Assembly: GCA_047495785.1 (NCBI GenBank)
Contig: JBLDXI010000028.1
Span: 372,001-436,000 of the forward strand
Source: Lepidodermella squamata
Taxonomy: Eukaryota; Animalia; Gastrotricha
DNA length: 64,000 bases
Direction of reading: 5' to 3'
Shown: one piece after another, positions 42,984 to 56,100 of the stretch
Layout: every line of letters starts with the position of its first letter
How positions within the stretch are numbered: position 1 is the stretch's first letter
The notes under the pieces: model-generated
What the model saw: only the letters and a program-made list of their open reading frames with translations
Databases searched by the model: none
Told to the model about the DNA's origin: nothing
Made by a program: the position numbers and the translations under genes

Positions 42984-43628
42984 GCAAACACTTTTCCGTT
43001 GGCTCTCTTAGCCCCAGAATAACCTCTGCTTTGTGACCCATTATTATTGACCCTGATCATTTGTTCTGAGTAATGAAACTTTAATGCGAGGGCAGGCTGG
43101 TGTTTAAGAATAAACAAACATGGGAACTTTGGAGTGTTTACGTTAGGTGGTGACATAAACACGGCAAGGGGAGACAAGTCCTTGTGGAGTGAGTGCTTTG
43201 CACCTGGAGAGCCTTAAAGATTGAGCGGGGTGTCAGGGCGCGATAGAAAAACCGCCACGCGCGGCGGCGCCAGTTGCTGTGTTGCTACAAACAAAAACAG
43301 CGCTCTAGTAACATTGGTAAATAATCCACTTTGTTGATGCCGCGGCAAGATTTTGCATTGTGAGCCCGCACGGGAGAAAATACCCGCATGGTAAAAAGCC
43401 GTGTGTGCGTGTTTTTGCCGCGACCACGGCCGGCGCGCGCAACAAGTGTGCGCCGCGAGCATATGAGCTGGGTCTGTGTTTTTTAGCCGAGCTCCAAACA
43501 CACTCAGCGAATTTGTCAGCGGATTTTTTGCGCTGTGTTTTTAGCTGATTATCAGTTGAGACGATCGCGGCGACAACAATAAGGCCCGCGACGCTTTTGT
43601 TTTTTGGCGAGCAGCTCGGCTTCGGAAG

Positions 43629-45565
43629 ATGAGCGAGCCGCGGCAAAGCCGTCGCGCGGCATCCTCACCTGCTGCTGCTGCCAGTTTCCCGGCTCCGGCC
43701 ACTGGAACAAGTAACAGTTATAGGTTCGCTACAACGGAGCCATCGGCCCATTGTGATGCCATCGGCCGCCACAAAACCTCGTCTATACAATTGTCGCTGC
43801 ACGAGCGAGACAGAACAATACTAAGCAATATCAATTATCGTAGAAGGCACCGCTCTCAGAAGTATCAGCACTCAGCAATCAGTTGTTACGCATCTACAAC
43901 AACCATCTGCAGCCATCTCATCAGATTACCAGCTTTTGCCGTCGCCGTGTTACTTATCGGTCTTTCCATCGAACTGCCTAACCCGTTTCACAATCGCAAC
44001 TCCCCTAGTGGTTTCGCCCAAGCCTGGCGATACATTTACAGCGCCAACGTCCCTCAAGGTATTGCACCTAAATTATCCGCACTGAGCTTTACTCCACTGA
44101 ATTTTAGGCCAATGCTTATATGCCGACTTTGATTCTTCGCCCCAGTTGCAGTTGAGTGTTCGAGGTCGCCGGCCGCCCGTCTGGCTGCAACAACGCCAGA
44201 GAAGATCCTTAGCTCAGGAGCTGCTAGTATCCAGGGCGGTAAATAGAACGCGGCGGCGTGACCCAACAGTCACGCCAGTTTTAACCGGTGAACAGGTTTC
44301 AATCGAGCCACCCCCGGCCGCCCCTACCCCGATCTCGATAGCTGATATACCAACCCTGCCTCCACTTCCGGTCGACTGGGCTGCTGTATCGCCCAGCCCT
44401 AATAGCAACCAAACTCGGGGCGCGAGACGCCGGCGCATTGTCAACGGCGAGCCAGTCGATGTTGCCCAATGGCCTTTCTTAGTCGCAATCCTAACTCCAG
44501 ATGGGCCTATCAGCAGTCAAGGGTATTTAAGATTCTTGAAACCCCAATACTCAGTCTTGAATTTCTATCTTCTAGGCGAAAATGGGACGAAAATTGCGGT
44601 GGAGTGATTGTCCATCGCGAGTTCATTTTGACAGCGGCTCATTGCGTAATGTGAGTTCAATTTCGTCAAAAATACATTTAATGACCCAACAAGTCATGCA
44701 GCCATACGACGGAATCTTCAGCTGTCATGAGGAACCCGCAAGACTTACTTGTTCGGGTCGGCGATTTCAATCTGTACTCATCCGACCGATCTTACGAGGA
44801 CATCTTGGTCGACAAAACGTTCCAGCATCCGCGATATAATCGTATTTAATTCCTGTTTTCTTCATTCAATTGATTTTTAGAGATCTAGTAAAAGAACGCA
44901 ACTCATGTTGGCCCATTTTTCAGCTTTCCAGATCGATCACGGTTTTGACGTGGCCCTGCTTCATTTATCTCGACCTGTCTCTCAAAGTGCGGTTGTCCCG
45001 TTAAGAACAGCTTGTTTACCACCCCCTGGGTTGGTTCTACCTCATGAAGCAGTGTGCATGGTTGCTGGGTGGGGAGCGACGCAAACCGACGGCAACACCT
45101 CGGCGATTCCGTTATTCACTCGACTGAAACTTGTCCCTTATTCGAGGTGTCGAGATCTGTTCGACATGGCACCGGAAGTTGGGGATGGTCGCGTGTTTTG
45201 TGCAGGCCCGCCCGGCCCTGGTCCGGCAGATACCTGCCAGGGTGATTCTGGTAGCCCGATTTTCTGTCACGTCCCTGCTGGTGGGCCGGTAAACGGTGCT
45301 GTGGCTTGGACATCGATTTGGCAACTCTACGGCGTAGTTTCATTTGGCGGGGATTGTAAGTGAATTTCGAACATCAGCATCCTTGAAATGCATTTTCCTT
45401 GTAGTATGTGGACCTGCGGACTTATCTCCTTCAGTTTACACCTCGGTAGTCTATTTCCGGCAATGGCTGACGGACACAATAGCGAATGAGATGGCGCAGC
45501 GGGGCTCTATGGGTGACCGGCGACGGAGCCACCGCTATCAACAGGACGTACCTTTCTCGTTTTGA
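43629..45565 (+). CDS. Trypsin-like S1A serine protease, copy A (start codon uncertain)
   Basis: RRRR/IVNG activation site, CGG...LTAAHC, DVALL, ACLP, C..GWG and DTCQGDSGSP (Asp189 present), with several short introns. Confidence 0.9.
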
Positions 45566-45937
45566 AAAAAATGTGAATGCTTCTGACCGTTTAGAAACGA
45601 AATGCTGATTGTTTATATTTTTTCTAAGAAATGTAAAAAATTACATGTTTCAAACATTTTCTACCTCGCTTTGAATGAAAACGCTGCGTATTTTGTTTAC
45701 TCAATAAAGGCTTTTAAACTGATTCTCATTGACATCATTTTCGAGACAAACAATTATTTCACGAGGAAAACAAAGAGGTTCTAAAAAAACGGTGTGCACG
45801 TGGCTCAGTGCGGATTGTCTCTTACGCGTAGGTTTAATGTGCGCGAGGCACGCTAAAATTCAAACGAGCACCGAATATAACAACGGCTGTGATTTGCTGC
45901 CGTGATCACTTTTTTGGTTTTGATTCTCCTAGAGAAT

Positions 45938-47411
45938 ATGTCACCGACGATTAGTGCTTTTGGATTTTTGACATTGATAATTGGGCTATCTATTTTTCTT
46001 CAACATTCCGAGGCGTGGCGTTACATTTACAGCTCGAATATAATTCAAGGCCCGTGTATTTACGCAGATTTCGACACTGCTGCGACAGGAACAATCAATT
46101 TACGTGAAAATGATGAGTCCGAGTCTGAACGAGTCGAGCGTGAAGCCTCTTCTATAATTAAACGAGTCGTCAATGGTAAACCTGCGGATGTAACAAACTG
46201 GCCATGGCTTGTCGCTATTTTGTAATAATATTCAGATCTTCAACTTTCAAAATTTTGAAAAAGATTTCTTTCCAATACTTAAGGACTCCCAATGGACCTA
46301 TCAGCAGCCAAGGGTTAGGAATTAGCAAATGAAGGAAAGGTAGTTGACAATATTTTCTATCTTAGGCGAACTTGGGACATCAATTGTGGAGGGGCGCTCA
46401 TACATCCAGAATTTGTTTTAACAGCAGCGCATTGCGTGATGTGAGTTCGTGAAACCTTCAAATAATTTTCCAACACCTCACGGTTATTTTATTAGCCATA
46501 CGGAGAATGAAACCTACTATTATCGCCGCAACGCGCAAGACCTTCTTTGCCGCATTGGTGACAATGATCTTTATCGAGATGATCGTCCCTTCGTCGATAT
46601 TTTGGTTGACAGAACGTTTACCCATCCACAATACGATCGTAAGGCTTACTGCTTACTCACATTCCCAGTGAGCCACATTTTCAATTTCCATATAATTTTA
46701 GCTATTGTTGTTGATACTGGCTATGATATTGCTTTGCTGCACTTATCCCGACGTTTAGAACGAGGCCCCAACGACCCATTGCGAGTAGCTTGCCTGCCCC
46801 AGGCGGGCCAGACCTTGCCAGCTGGGTCGAAATGCTACGTAGCAGGCTGGGGTGCCGTTTCAACTGAAGGCGATACAAGCCCGGTTGCACTATACACTAC
46901 TATACAAATGTCTACATGGGAACAATGTCAAAAGGGCTACGGTTTTTCGAATCCTAGCTCAGCAGACGGAAAATTGTTCTGCGCCGGTCCTCCCCCAGGT
47001 GGTTATCCAACGGACACATGCACCGGTGATTCAGGTGGAGGAATTTTCTGTAAAGATCCGAATGGCTCAGGTTTCAACTCCCTGTGGCAATACATTGGCC
47101 TCGTGTCGTTTGGAGGAGATGGTAAAAAGCGAACACTGCTTAACTGTTAAACCATATTTTCTGTTCATTTGCTTTCAGAATGTGCCCCGAAAGATCTCAC
47201 CCCCGGTGTCTACACTAATGTTGCTTATTTCCGTCAGTGGATTCTGGACACAGTAAGCGGCTATTTGTTGACAATGGCAAGTCCTACGCAGGCGAATGGA
47301 ATGAAGGATCCTTATGTTGGGTGGCTGCCGTGGTACTACAGCCGGTTTCAGAGTTCGTGGCGGCGCGATAATAACAAAAAGCCTTCAAACCAACACCACA
47401 GCCGAGTGTAG
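45938..47411 (+). CDS. Trypsin-like S1A serine protease, copy B
   Basis: Signal peptide, KR/VVNG activation site, TAAHC, YDIALL, ACLP, DTCTGDSGGG and PGVYTNV. A 30-nt micro-exon encodes TPNGPISSQG. Confidence 0.92.
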
Positions 47412-47647
47412 CCTCGATACCCGGAGAGTAATTATTTTCTCTATCCACTTGTTTGGTATTTGTTGTGATGGTAGCGGGAGACAGTAATTTATGAGCTAAG
47501 TAAACACTTGCACAAGTATTTTGTTGATTGGATGAGATTTGTTGATTACGCACGCAAATATCGTAATTCCATCAAATAGCAATCGTATCGATTTTCTTCC
47601 CTAACTGATTCACTTCAACGACGCAGCGAAAATTGCATTATCATAAA

Positions 47648-49774
47648 ATGATGTCTAGTGGTAAGTTCAAAATATACCTAGCAATTTTTGGTCTTATCCA
47701 ACTCGCAAATGTGGGCGTCTGCCAAGGAGGGGTTGCAACAGCGAAAGTAACTTCACAGCTGCTTTCCTTCAAAGCATTGTTTCAGCTTGTTATGCATTAC
47801 AGCGCTTGCAGAAGAAGCTGTTCAGCAAAAAATCACCCGCTTCATTTTGGAATCGTATAATCAAGCCGACGGGTCATTTTTACGGCGAGGAGGATGACAT
47901 AACCGAGCCCTTAGTCGTTAAGCTCAACATTAAGCTCGTCCAACTCATTCAACTGGTCAGTTTTGCCTCACGTTAGCGGCCATTGTTAACTGTTAAATTT
48001 TGATTTCAAGGATATTCGTAATCAAATGATGATGACGAATTTGTTTATACGCCAAGAATGGGTTGATGAGCGACTCACGTGGGATCCGAAAGAATTCGGA
48101 GGCGACACCACGGTGCGCACCTTAATTTTACTCCCTTGTCTCTCAAATTTACTTTTTGGCTTAGATACAAATCAATCCTCAGTCTATTTGGCTGCCAGAT
48201 ATTGTTCTATATAACACAGCAGATGGGAAGTATACTCTGAACACTGACAGCCAATTCTCGAAAGTCATCCTTTACCACAACGGCACGGTTATTTACGAAC
48301 CAGCGGCAATTCTGAACAGCTTCTGTGCAATAAACATGCACAGCTTTCCGTAAGTTTCAGCTAACATCATTCAGCTGGTGAATTACGAGATTTTTTCCCC
48401 AGTTATGACCAGCAGTGTTGCAATCTCAAGTTTGGTTCGTGGACTTACAGCTCTCGACTACTTACCCTGAAAATATCTGGGCCCGGAGCTAACGCGAATG
48501 GCTCGGAAGGCTTTATCGACATGTCAATATTCGACGATTCGAATTCGGAGTGGGAGCTCAGAGAAACACCAGGGAAGTTGCACACTCAAACTTACACATA
48601 TGCTCACACTGGTCCTGAGCCTTACGCCGGTAAGTCACGTCTTGGATCTGGCAATTAGAGAATCACATTTAATTTTGAAGATGCAACTTATCAAATCTGC
48701 ATGAATCGGAGATCACTTTTCTATACCGTGAACTTGGTCATGCCATCGGCGGCTATTTCTTTCACTGCAGTTTTGGCATTCTGTCTGCCACCTGGTAATC
48801 CAAAAACCTTAAAATGTCTTTTCAACCAGTATTTGTGCGTTGCAGATAGCTTGGAGAAAATAAGCCTCTCGATCTCAATTCTTCTAGTCCTACTGTTTTT
48901 CCTTAATCTACATTTGGAGCTATCCCCTCCTTCAAGGTATGAATGATGTGTGATAGAGAGCTTTTTGATTTCAGTCATTTTCCAGTTTGGTGATACCACT
49001 CCTCGGAAAATACTTGCTGTTCACGACTTTGCTGATTTTCATGTCGACGGCCGCATGCGTCTACACCCTCCACACTAGCTTTGTCATGCGCCGTTCTGTT
49101 CTCAAAAAGAAACCGCCATCATTCGCTAATTTTGCGCGAAAAATCTGCTCCGGGTTTCAGACCGCAGCGATAAAAGCAAGCGGAGTAATAACAAGCGTTG
49201 ACGATGACGGCCCTCAGCAAGAAGAGCAGTGCATTGCGAAGAAGGGCAGTATAACGTCGTGTTTCTGCTCGAAATGCCTGAAGGCTGCTCGTGTTTTCGA
49301 TGTGAAGTTGACGCATCTTCTAGTGAACAGCGCCGAGTATAGACATCTTTTCTCGACGCGATTCCTCAAACGCTGCATGTACGACATTCAATGCATTTCA
49401 AGCTCGCTAAGACGACACGAGTACGCTAAATTGGTACGTCGCAGTATGATGAAGCTATGATTTATAGATTTCCGATATATCCACTACAGATTTCCCATGC
49501 TTGTAAAGAGAGGGGCATGTTTGCTGATCGGATTCTATTCTTTGGATTCCTTACAGGGTTTGAATTGCTTAAGCGCTGATTGAACAGATTCTAAGAAGTA
49601 TTTTGCAGATGCTTCTTGGCGATCATCGAAATCTTCACCCACTGTTGTATGCCGTTGTTTCATGACGAAAGAGCCCTCGACTTCGTAAATCAAACCGCTG
49701 GATTTTCCGTGCGATCCCGCCAATTTACTGAGGATAGCTCAGATCTGGATAAAAACACATCCCATCACCTTTAG
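47648..49774 (+). CDS. Cys-loop ligand-gated ion channel, nicotinic acetylcholine receptor-like non-alpha subunit; about 10 exons
   Basis: Signal peptide, QEWVDERLTWDP, IWLPDIVLYNTADG, Cys loop CAINMHSFP-YDQQCC followed by KFGSWTY, M1 RRSLFYTVNLVMP, M2 EKISLSISILL, M3 IPLLGKYLLF, M4 DRILF. Confidence 0.9.
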
Positions 49775-50104
49775 AGACGCCACTTTTATTGTTACTTCCA
49801 ACTTCATCATAGAATTTCAGGATTACAACGGAACCGCCGGTTGGTGAAAGAGCCAACAAAAGCAACTTATATTGAATAATTTATAAGCGAGTAGACTCAA
49901 CTTTCAGTGGCATTTAACATATCACACAATAAATAGAATAAAAATTTAGCAGGTAAATGAGATCATTTTTTAGCCTTAGAATCACATTCCAATTATTTTT
50001 CAAGCACAAATCTCAGAATAAAATCACTATATAACTGAAACAGGTGAGATAACGCGACAAACTTTGCATGTCACAGGTGAATTTTCGTTTTTAGTTGCTC
50101 CCTT

Positions 50105-53100
50105 TTACTGCTTCAAGTAGACAACAGGATTAGCTTGAATCCACTGCCCGAGACGGCCATCACACGGCAAATCAATGCAGACGATCAGTTGTTCAAGACT
50201 AGGCCCGGAATACACTGGAACCTGAACAGCATTCGGCCCAGCCTGGCCACTGTCGCCTTTCGACTTCGGAACCCACGATAACACAATGGCTGGCAAAGGA
50301 TTGACTGGAGCTGAATCTCCCCGAGGCAGAGCTAGACGACCAGATTCGAATAGGCAACCCTCAAGTAGCAGTCCTGTGACTTTGACGGAACCTGCCCCGT
50401 TAGCTGAACCTCGGAAATCGACACTGATCTTCAACTCATCCATCGCAGTTTTGGTCTGACGAGCTGCGGCCTGTCGTAGAGCGTTCAAAAAGGTTCCAGG
50501 GTTGAACAAAGCTGATAGATCAATCACATCTTGCAGCAACCCAGCTGCAGAGCTCTCGTTGGCCAAACGATCCGTCAACTTGACAACAGCGTTAGTTCGA
50601 GAAGCTATTGCGCTCAGGTACTGAATTGGATCCTCTGGCCCTGACCAACGGTCCTGCCAGGTGCTAGGAGTCTCCCTAGCTAGCAACGCCGATGCAAGTT
50701 TATGAACGTCATTGGTCAACAGTTGCTGGCCACGAATGCAACGAGACAAACTGGCTAAAGCTTGATGGATGATGTGGACCAAACGAAGAGCGTTGTACCT
50801 CTCGAGATGAAGGAAAGCAGCTACAGGGTCTCGACCACCTGCTTGCAGGGTCGGAGCCTGTGGCTTCAGCTGAACCAAATTGACAGGTTGATTCAGCCGC
50901 TTCCAAACATTCAAGAGAGGTCCTAGTTCCGATGCCCAAACCTCCTTATTGAACTTGACCGATTGCTCTTCCGATTGGGACATAGTTCTCAGTTGGGCTA
51001 CGATTTTAGTGCTCAAAGTTCGCTGAAGAGATTGATCAATGTTCTCCGGCAGCCCGAAATACGAGGGCGAATCAGCTTCTGGGAGCTGCTCAATCGCGTG
51101 GACGTAATCACGGTGGTTCAATGAATACGGGACCTTCAAAGGTCCAATAGTCATATCTCCGCCACGCCTTCCGATTACTGTCGAGTTGAACTGCTCTTCT
51201 AAATAGGACCTCAAAATTCGCAAATCGAATACGTTATCAACACGCCCGCCGTAGATTGCAGACTCAAATAGACCGTGAACGAACGGCCACATAGCCTCGG
51301 CGTCTCCGCCCTGAATTCGGGCGAAGAGACGGTCCAGTAAGTCGGCTCCTGCTCGAAGATCAGCCAGATTGAACTCGTAGAACTTAGTCCAACCCTGAGG
51401 GATATAGGTCCTTCTCTCCTCAACTACGGCATGGAACCAAGCTAGGGCGAACAACGACTGAGCTCTCTGAGGCTGCCCTGATTTTTGGAGGAAATCTGGT
51501 GTCCAAGATTCGTAGGTCCTCATGAGGTTCTGGCGAACCCCTGGAGGAGCTTCGTACGTGATTTTCAAACTTGACTGAAGTAAAATAGTTGGGAACTTCA
51601 TATGCGGCTCTGTGGTAAGCCACAGCTTGAAGTTAGGATGAGGCTTCAAGCTGATTAGTTCTTTCTCAAGTTGGGACAACCATGGCGTGATCAAATGCAA
51701 GTTTTTCAAGCATAACCACTGCCCGTTTGCAGCGCAACTAGTCAGTAACTGAACTGCAGTATCAGCCTGGCCCTGACCCATCGCGACCTGGAAATAGTTA
51801 TCTGCCCCTACGGTTTGCGCCGCGAGATCTTGAAGCTCCTGGCTAGGATCCGCGCCAGCTGACAACAGGACTAAAATGGGCTCTCCTGGACCTGTTGACG
51901 AGGCTGGGGCGTGCTTCAAGGCCGCGCCATGTGGGGTCAGTTCTTTCAGGCCTAAAGCTCGGCAAACTACCGAAGTCATCGCTGTTACAAGACGATCAGG
52001 CCTGAGGGTTTGGATAACTATCAACTGTTGCAATGGGCTAAGCTTTCGAGCTATAGATTGTGGGTACGCCTGTTCCGCAGTTTGGCTAGACATGAATTGT
52101 TGCCAGCTATTGGAATCTTGGCTAAGCTGCAGGGCATTATACAGCTCAGATAGCGCTGATTTCAAAGATCCAACAGCTTGATGGCGTTCAGGGGGAACCC
52201 AGCCTGGGAGATCGGTTCGAATACCGGCGGTCGGATCCCGATCAGCTCCACTTTGAGCTGCGACAAGTCTACCTAAGAAGTACTCCCATTCTTCCTCCTA
52301 GAAAAATTAAGACATTCAAATTTTAAAATGAGACCTCTAGAAATCTTACCTTGTTGAAAAGATCAGTCCTCATGCCATGGGCAAGATGTAAGCCGAAAGC
52401 CAATCGGTCAGCTTTGAACAGGGATTTGCCGAAATATTGATAGACCAACCTCTGAAGGCTAAGCGTCAACTCTTTTATACGCGCATCCTTATCCTGGGCT
52501 GATGTATCCGACTTCTCAGATAGCGATCTCTTAAACAGCGCTAAGAACGAATTCAACGAAAACCGATACATCGGGTTAAGATGTACAAGGTCCTGGATTA
52601 AGAAGTACAACCGACTTCCAGCCTCGGCGAATGGTACGAACGAATTACGCTCAACGTCTAGCGTAGCTTGAAGCCTGTGCGATTCAAGGAGGGCCTCTTC
52701 AATAGTCCTAGCGCTCTCCTTTGTGCGGTTAAGAGACTCGAGAAGTTCAGAGTTTTGAAGGATATTCCCCTTAGCACTGGCTAGTTCTCGCAGGATTGCC
52801 TCTTCAAGCTGGTCGAGCTGGATCTTCATCTCATCTTCCCGCTTCAACATTTCAGACTTCTTTTGTTCCAACTCAGGTTTTTCGTGCTGGATTGTCGCGG
52901 CTAGCAGCTGGCCGGTCAAACCAGCCCGAGTTGTCGTGAAGTTGACCTCAGTTATCAGGGACCTAGCAAAAGGTGGCAGGGCTAGCGAAGGATCCCGAGT
53001 TGCGAGGAACATGCGGAATTCCGGGTTGAAATCGACTGTTTTATCGCCGATTGTTATCGTAGCACGCAGGCCTTGAGTTGTAATGTCGCCACGAAGGACG

Positions 53101-56100
53101 GAGAACATAACGGGTTCTATGTCTTTAACTTCTTGGACGAGTAGGGTTTTCCCGAAGCGAACGGCTAATTCCAGGGTGGAGACGAAATTCGTGTCTTGAT
53201 GGTTGACAACCTCGAGTCGCTGCGTTTTCATGCGTGTTTTCAGCCATTCCGTAGCAAGAGATGACGGGTCGATGAGCAGCGGTTTCAAAGGGCTCTGTAA
53301 ATTCAGGAAGATTCGACATTATTGAGAATTCAGGAAGAAAATCGAGAAATCTCATGAACTCAAGGCAGCAAACGTAAAACTGATTCAGTGTTTTCAGGAT
53401 AACTAAAGGATCGAATAATGCAGGACATACGACAAGTAAAAAAGTTTCGAAACAAAGGAGATGAGAAAAATAAAATTAATCAAAAAAGTGATAAATGAAC
53501 TCAGAAATAAAAAACTTGCCATATTATCACCGCCTTGAGGCTTTACATCATTTCATTAGTTTTTCCATTTCCAAGGACAATTTTCAAAATTTCGAGCATT
53601 AATACCTGTAGTATGCAGAGAGCATTTTCGGTTGAGAGCGAATCGGAGGGCAATCCTTCGGATTTCCACAGCAACAACTCGCTTTCCGTCGACAGGAAAT
53701 ATCGCAAATCGAACTCGGGCAGCTCTGAAAAAATTACAAAAATAATCTTTCATCCTTCATCTCGAATTTTAGGCTAAAATTCGCAGCTATAAAGAGACTT
53801 TATAGCCATTTTCACATTTTTCAAAGGGCTAATTTAAATTCATTTTTAAATCTAAAATTAAATATGTCAACTTACGAGCTATTTCTTGCCAAGTTTTCAA
53901 AGCAGCTCTGCGGCCATCTTCCGGAGCTCTGGCTAGATACGTCACAAAACCAGCGGCTAGCGCCGCCCTCCGCGGTAGTTGCGCGACCGCAGCGGCAATT
54001 TCGGACAACTGAGAATTCCAACGCTTGTACTCATCCTCCAGGCGTGAAACCAACGTCTCCGCAGCCGCAATTGTTTTCTGCGCATCCTCCAGCTCCATCT
54101 TCAACTTCGCAGCCTCGGTCGTAGTCTTCTCAAATTTCGACCTCAAACCCGCAACTTTCCGGTCAACTGACCCAAGTTCAGTGCTTAACAACTTCATTTT
54201 TTCATTAGCTCGATCTAAGTTCTGCTGAAGTTTAGACTGTTCATTCTCCAAGGGTTCGATCCTTTCTAGGACGAAGGCGTATCGGACATTGGCCCTCACC
54301 CACCCGGCTAACGGAGCAGCCGCTGCCGAGGCCCTTTTCGCGTTATCAGGGTTGAAAGAGGCCTTGTTCCTCTCCAGCAACTCCTCAACCCCCTTTCGAG
54401 TAGCCGGGGTGATTTTGTGGGCATCGAAGGTTTGAATCTCCTCCTTAACACTTCGCTTGGCCAAGAAATTTTTCATACTATTCCAGGAAGTATCGAAAAT
54501 ACCCATGAGCCTAAGGACGCCCTCTAGAATGTCTCGAACAATTTCGGGCGGGGCTCGAAGCGAGCGAATTTCTGACAGCGCGTCTGATCGAATGTTGCCG
54601 ACAGCTTCTTTAGCTTCGTCGACAAGCGGCTGGATTTCGGAGAGCTCAGCGTCGATTTCTTTCTTGCGCTTCTGCAGCTTCACGCTTTCTTCAGCCATTT
54701 CAACTTTGAGCTTCTCCATTTCTTGCTTCTGCTCGCCGGCGTCTTGCATTGAGCGTGTGATGGCGCCTAGGGCGTCGTCGGCTTCCGCTTGCTTTTCCGT
54801 TAGGGTCACTGATTTTGCGGCGGCGTCGGCTTTTAACTTGGCGACCACGTCACGAGCTTCAGTGAGGCGAGACACACCAGCTTTTAATCGGTCTCTGCGC
54901 GACGTTGAACCTATTCCGAAAAAATTAAGATTTTTAACGAGAAATATTCATAGCTTTCCGAAGCCCTTGAGTTTAAATATCCCAATATTCAATTTCCGAC
55001 TTAACGCATGAATTTGACTATTTTAGAGCAGAAATGAAATTTTCAAAATTTTCAAAATGGGAATTTTCTATTTCAAAATTGAAATTTTAAATAAATTGTA
55101 AACTTGAAATTTAATTGTGGAAATTAGAAATTTTAATGATTGGTTAAAAAAAAAGAGAAAATCCCCAGGAATTTAGTAAAAATCCCAACACTGAGCAAAT
55201 TTCGAGACATAAAGACGATTCCCACGATTCCAACGATTCTTGAAAAAATGTGAATGAAACGCCTTAGTGAATTCTCCAATATTCCATCAAATTCTATCAA
55301 AGCTCAAATCTCCATTATTTGCCTTAGAAGGAAAAACTTGATTTCTACATCTGATTTCTGGTGGAATTTAAATTTGCAAGAGAAATTGTGAATTTCTCAA
55401 AACAAAATTGTAAAAAATCTCAAACCAAAGGAAAACTCCAAGTTGACAAGTTCCCAGAATTCCCGGATATTAATTTTCTAGTTGAAATTCATTAGTGGAG
55501 TTTAGTAGAAAATTACTCCGCTCATTGGTTAGAAATACTTAAAGAAATTGTTGCATTTTCGAATTTCTATAACTTTTGCTTGATCAACTGCGAAAACTTT
55601 ACCTTCTTCCTTCGAGTTGTAAATCGACATGTAAGACGCCAAAAATGACACGAATCGCTTTGGAGTCGCAAGAATAGTCGGTGACGACGTGTGAATTTGG
55701 TACAAAATCTGAATAATGTCACTGCCACCCAACACCCCAGGCGGCCTAGCTTTCTTCGCACTCTGATCCGTTTTATTAGACCCAGTTTCATCCTGCTCCT
55801 TCGGCTGGCGAGACAAGAAGATCTCGGCAAATTTCAACATTCCAGCCTTAGACCAGCCTGACTTCACGATAACGGAGCACCGCTTCACAAAAGCCGGGTT
55901 ACTTTGACAACTAGCGGCGAAAGATTCGCTGGGATAGTCCAGAACTAGGACGATGTGCAAATTCGACCGAACTCTTTGCGCGAAAAAGCCGTGAAGAGGC
56001 GCGGTGTAACCAGCCTCGGACGCTTTCCCCCTCAATTGCTGAACGATCGGCTCCAACTCTTCCGGGGTGTAAAGGCCAGGAATTTCCCCAGATGACAGCA

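Noticed and set aside
45798-45856. tRNA/SINE-like A-box (TGGCTCAGTGCGG)
   Set aside because: No B-box or cloverleaf could be built.
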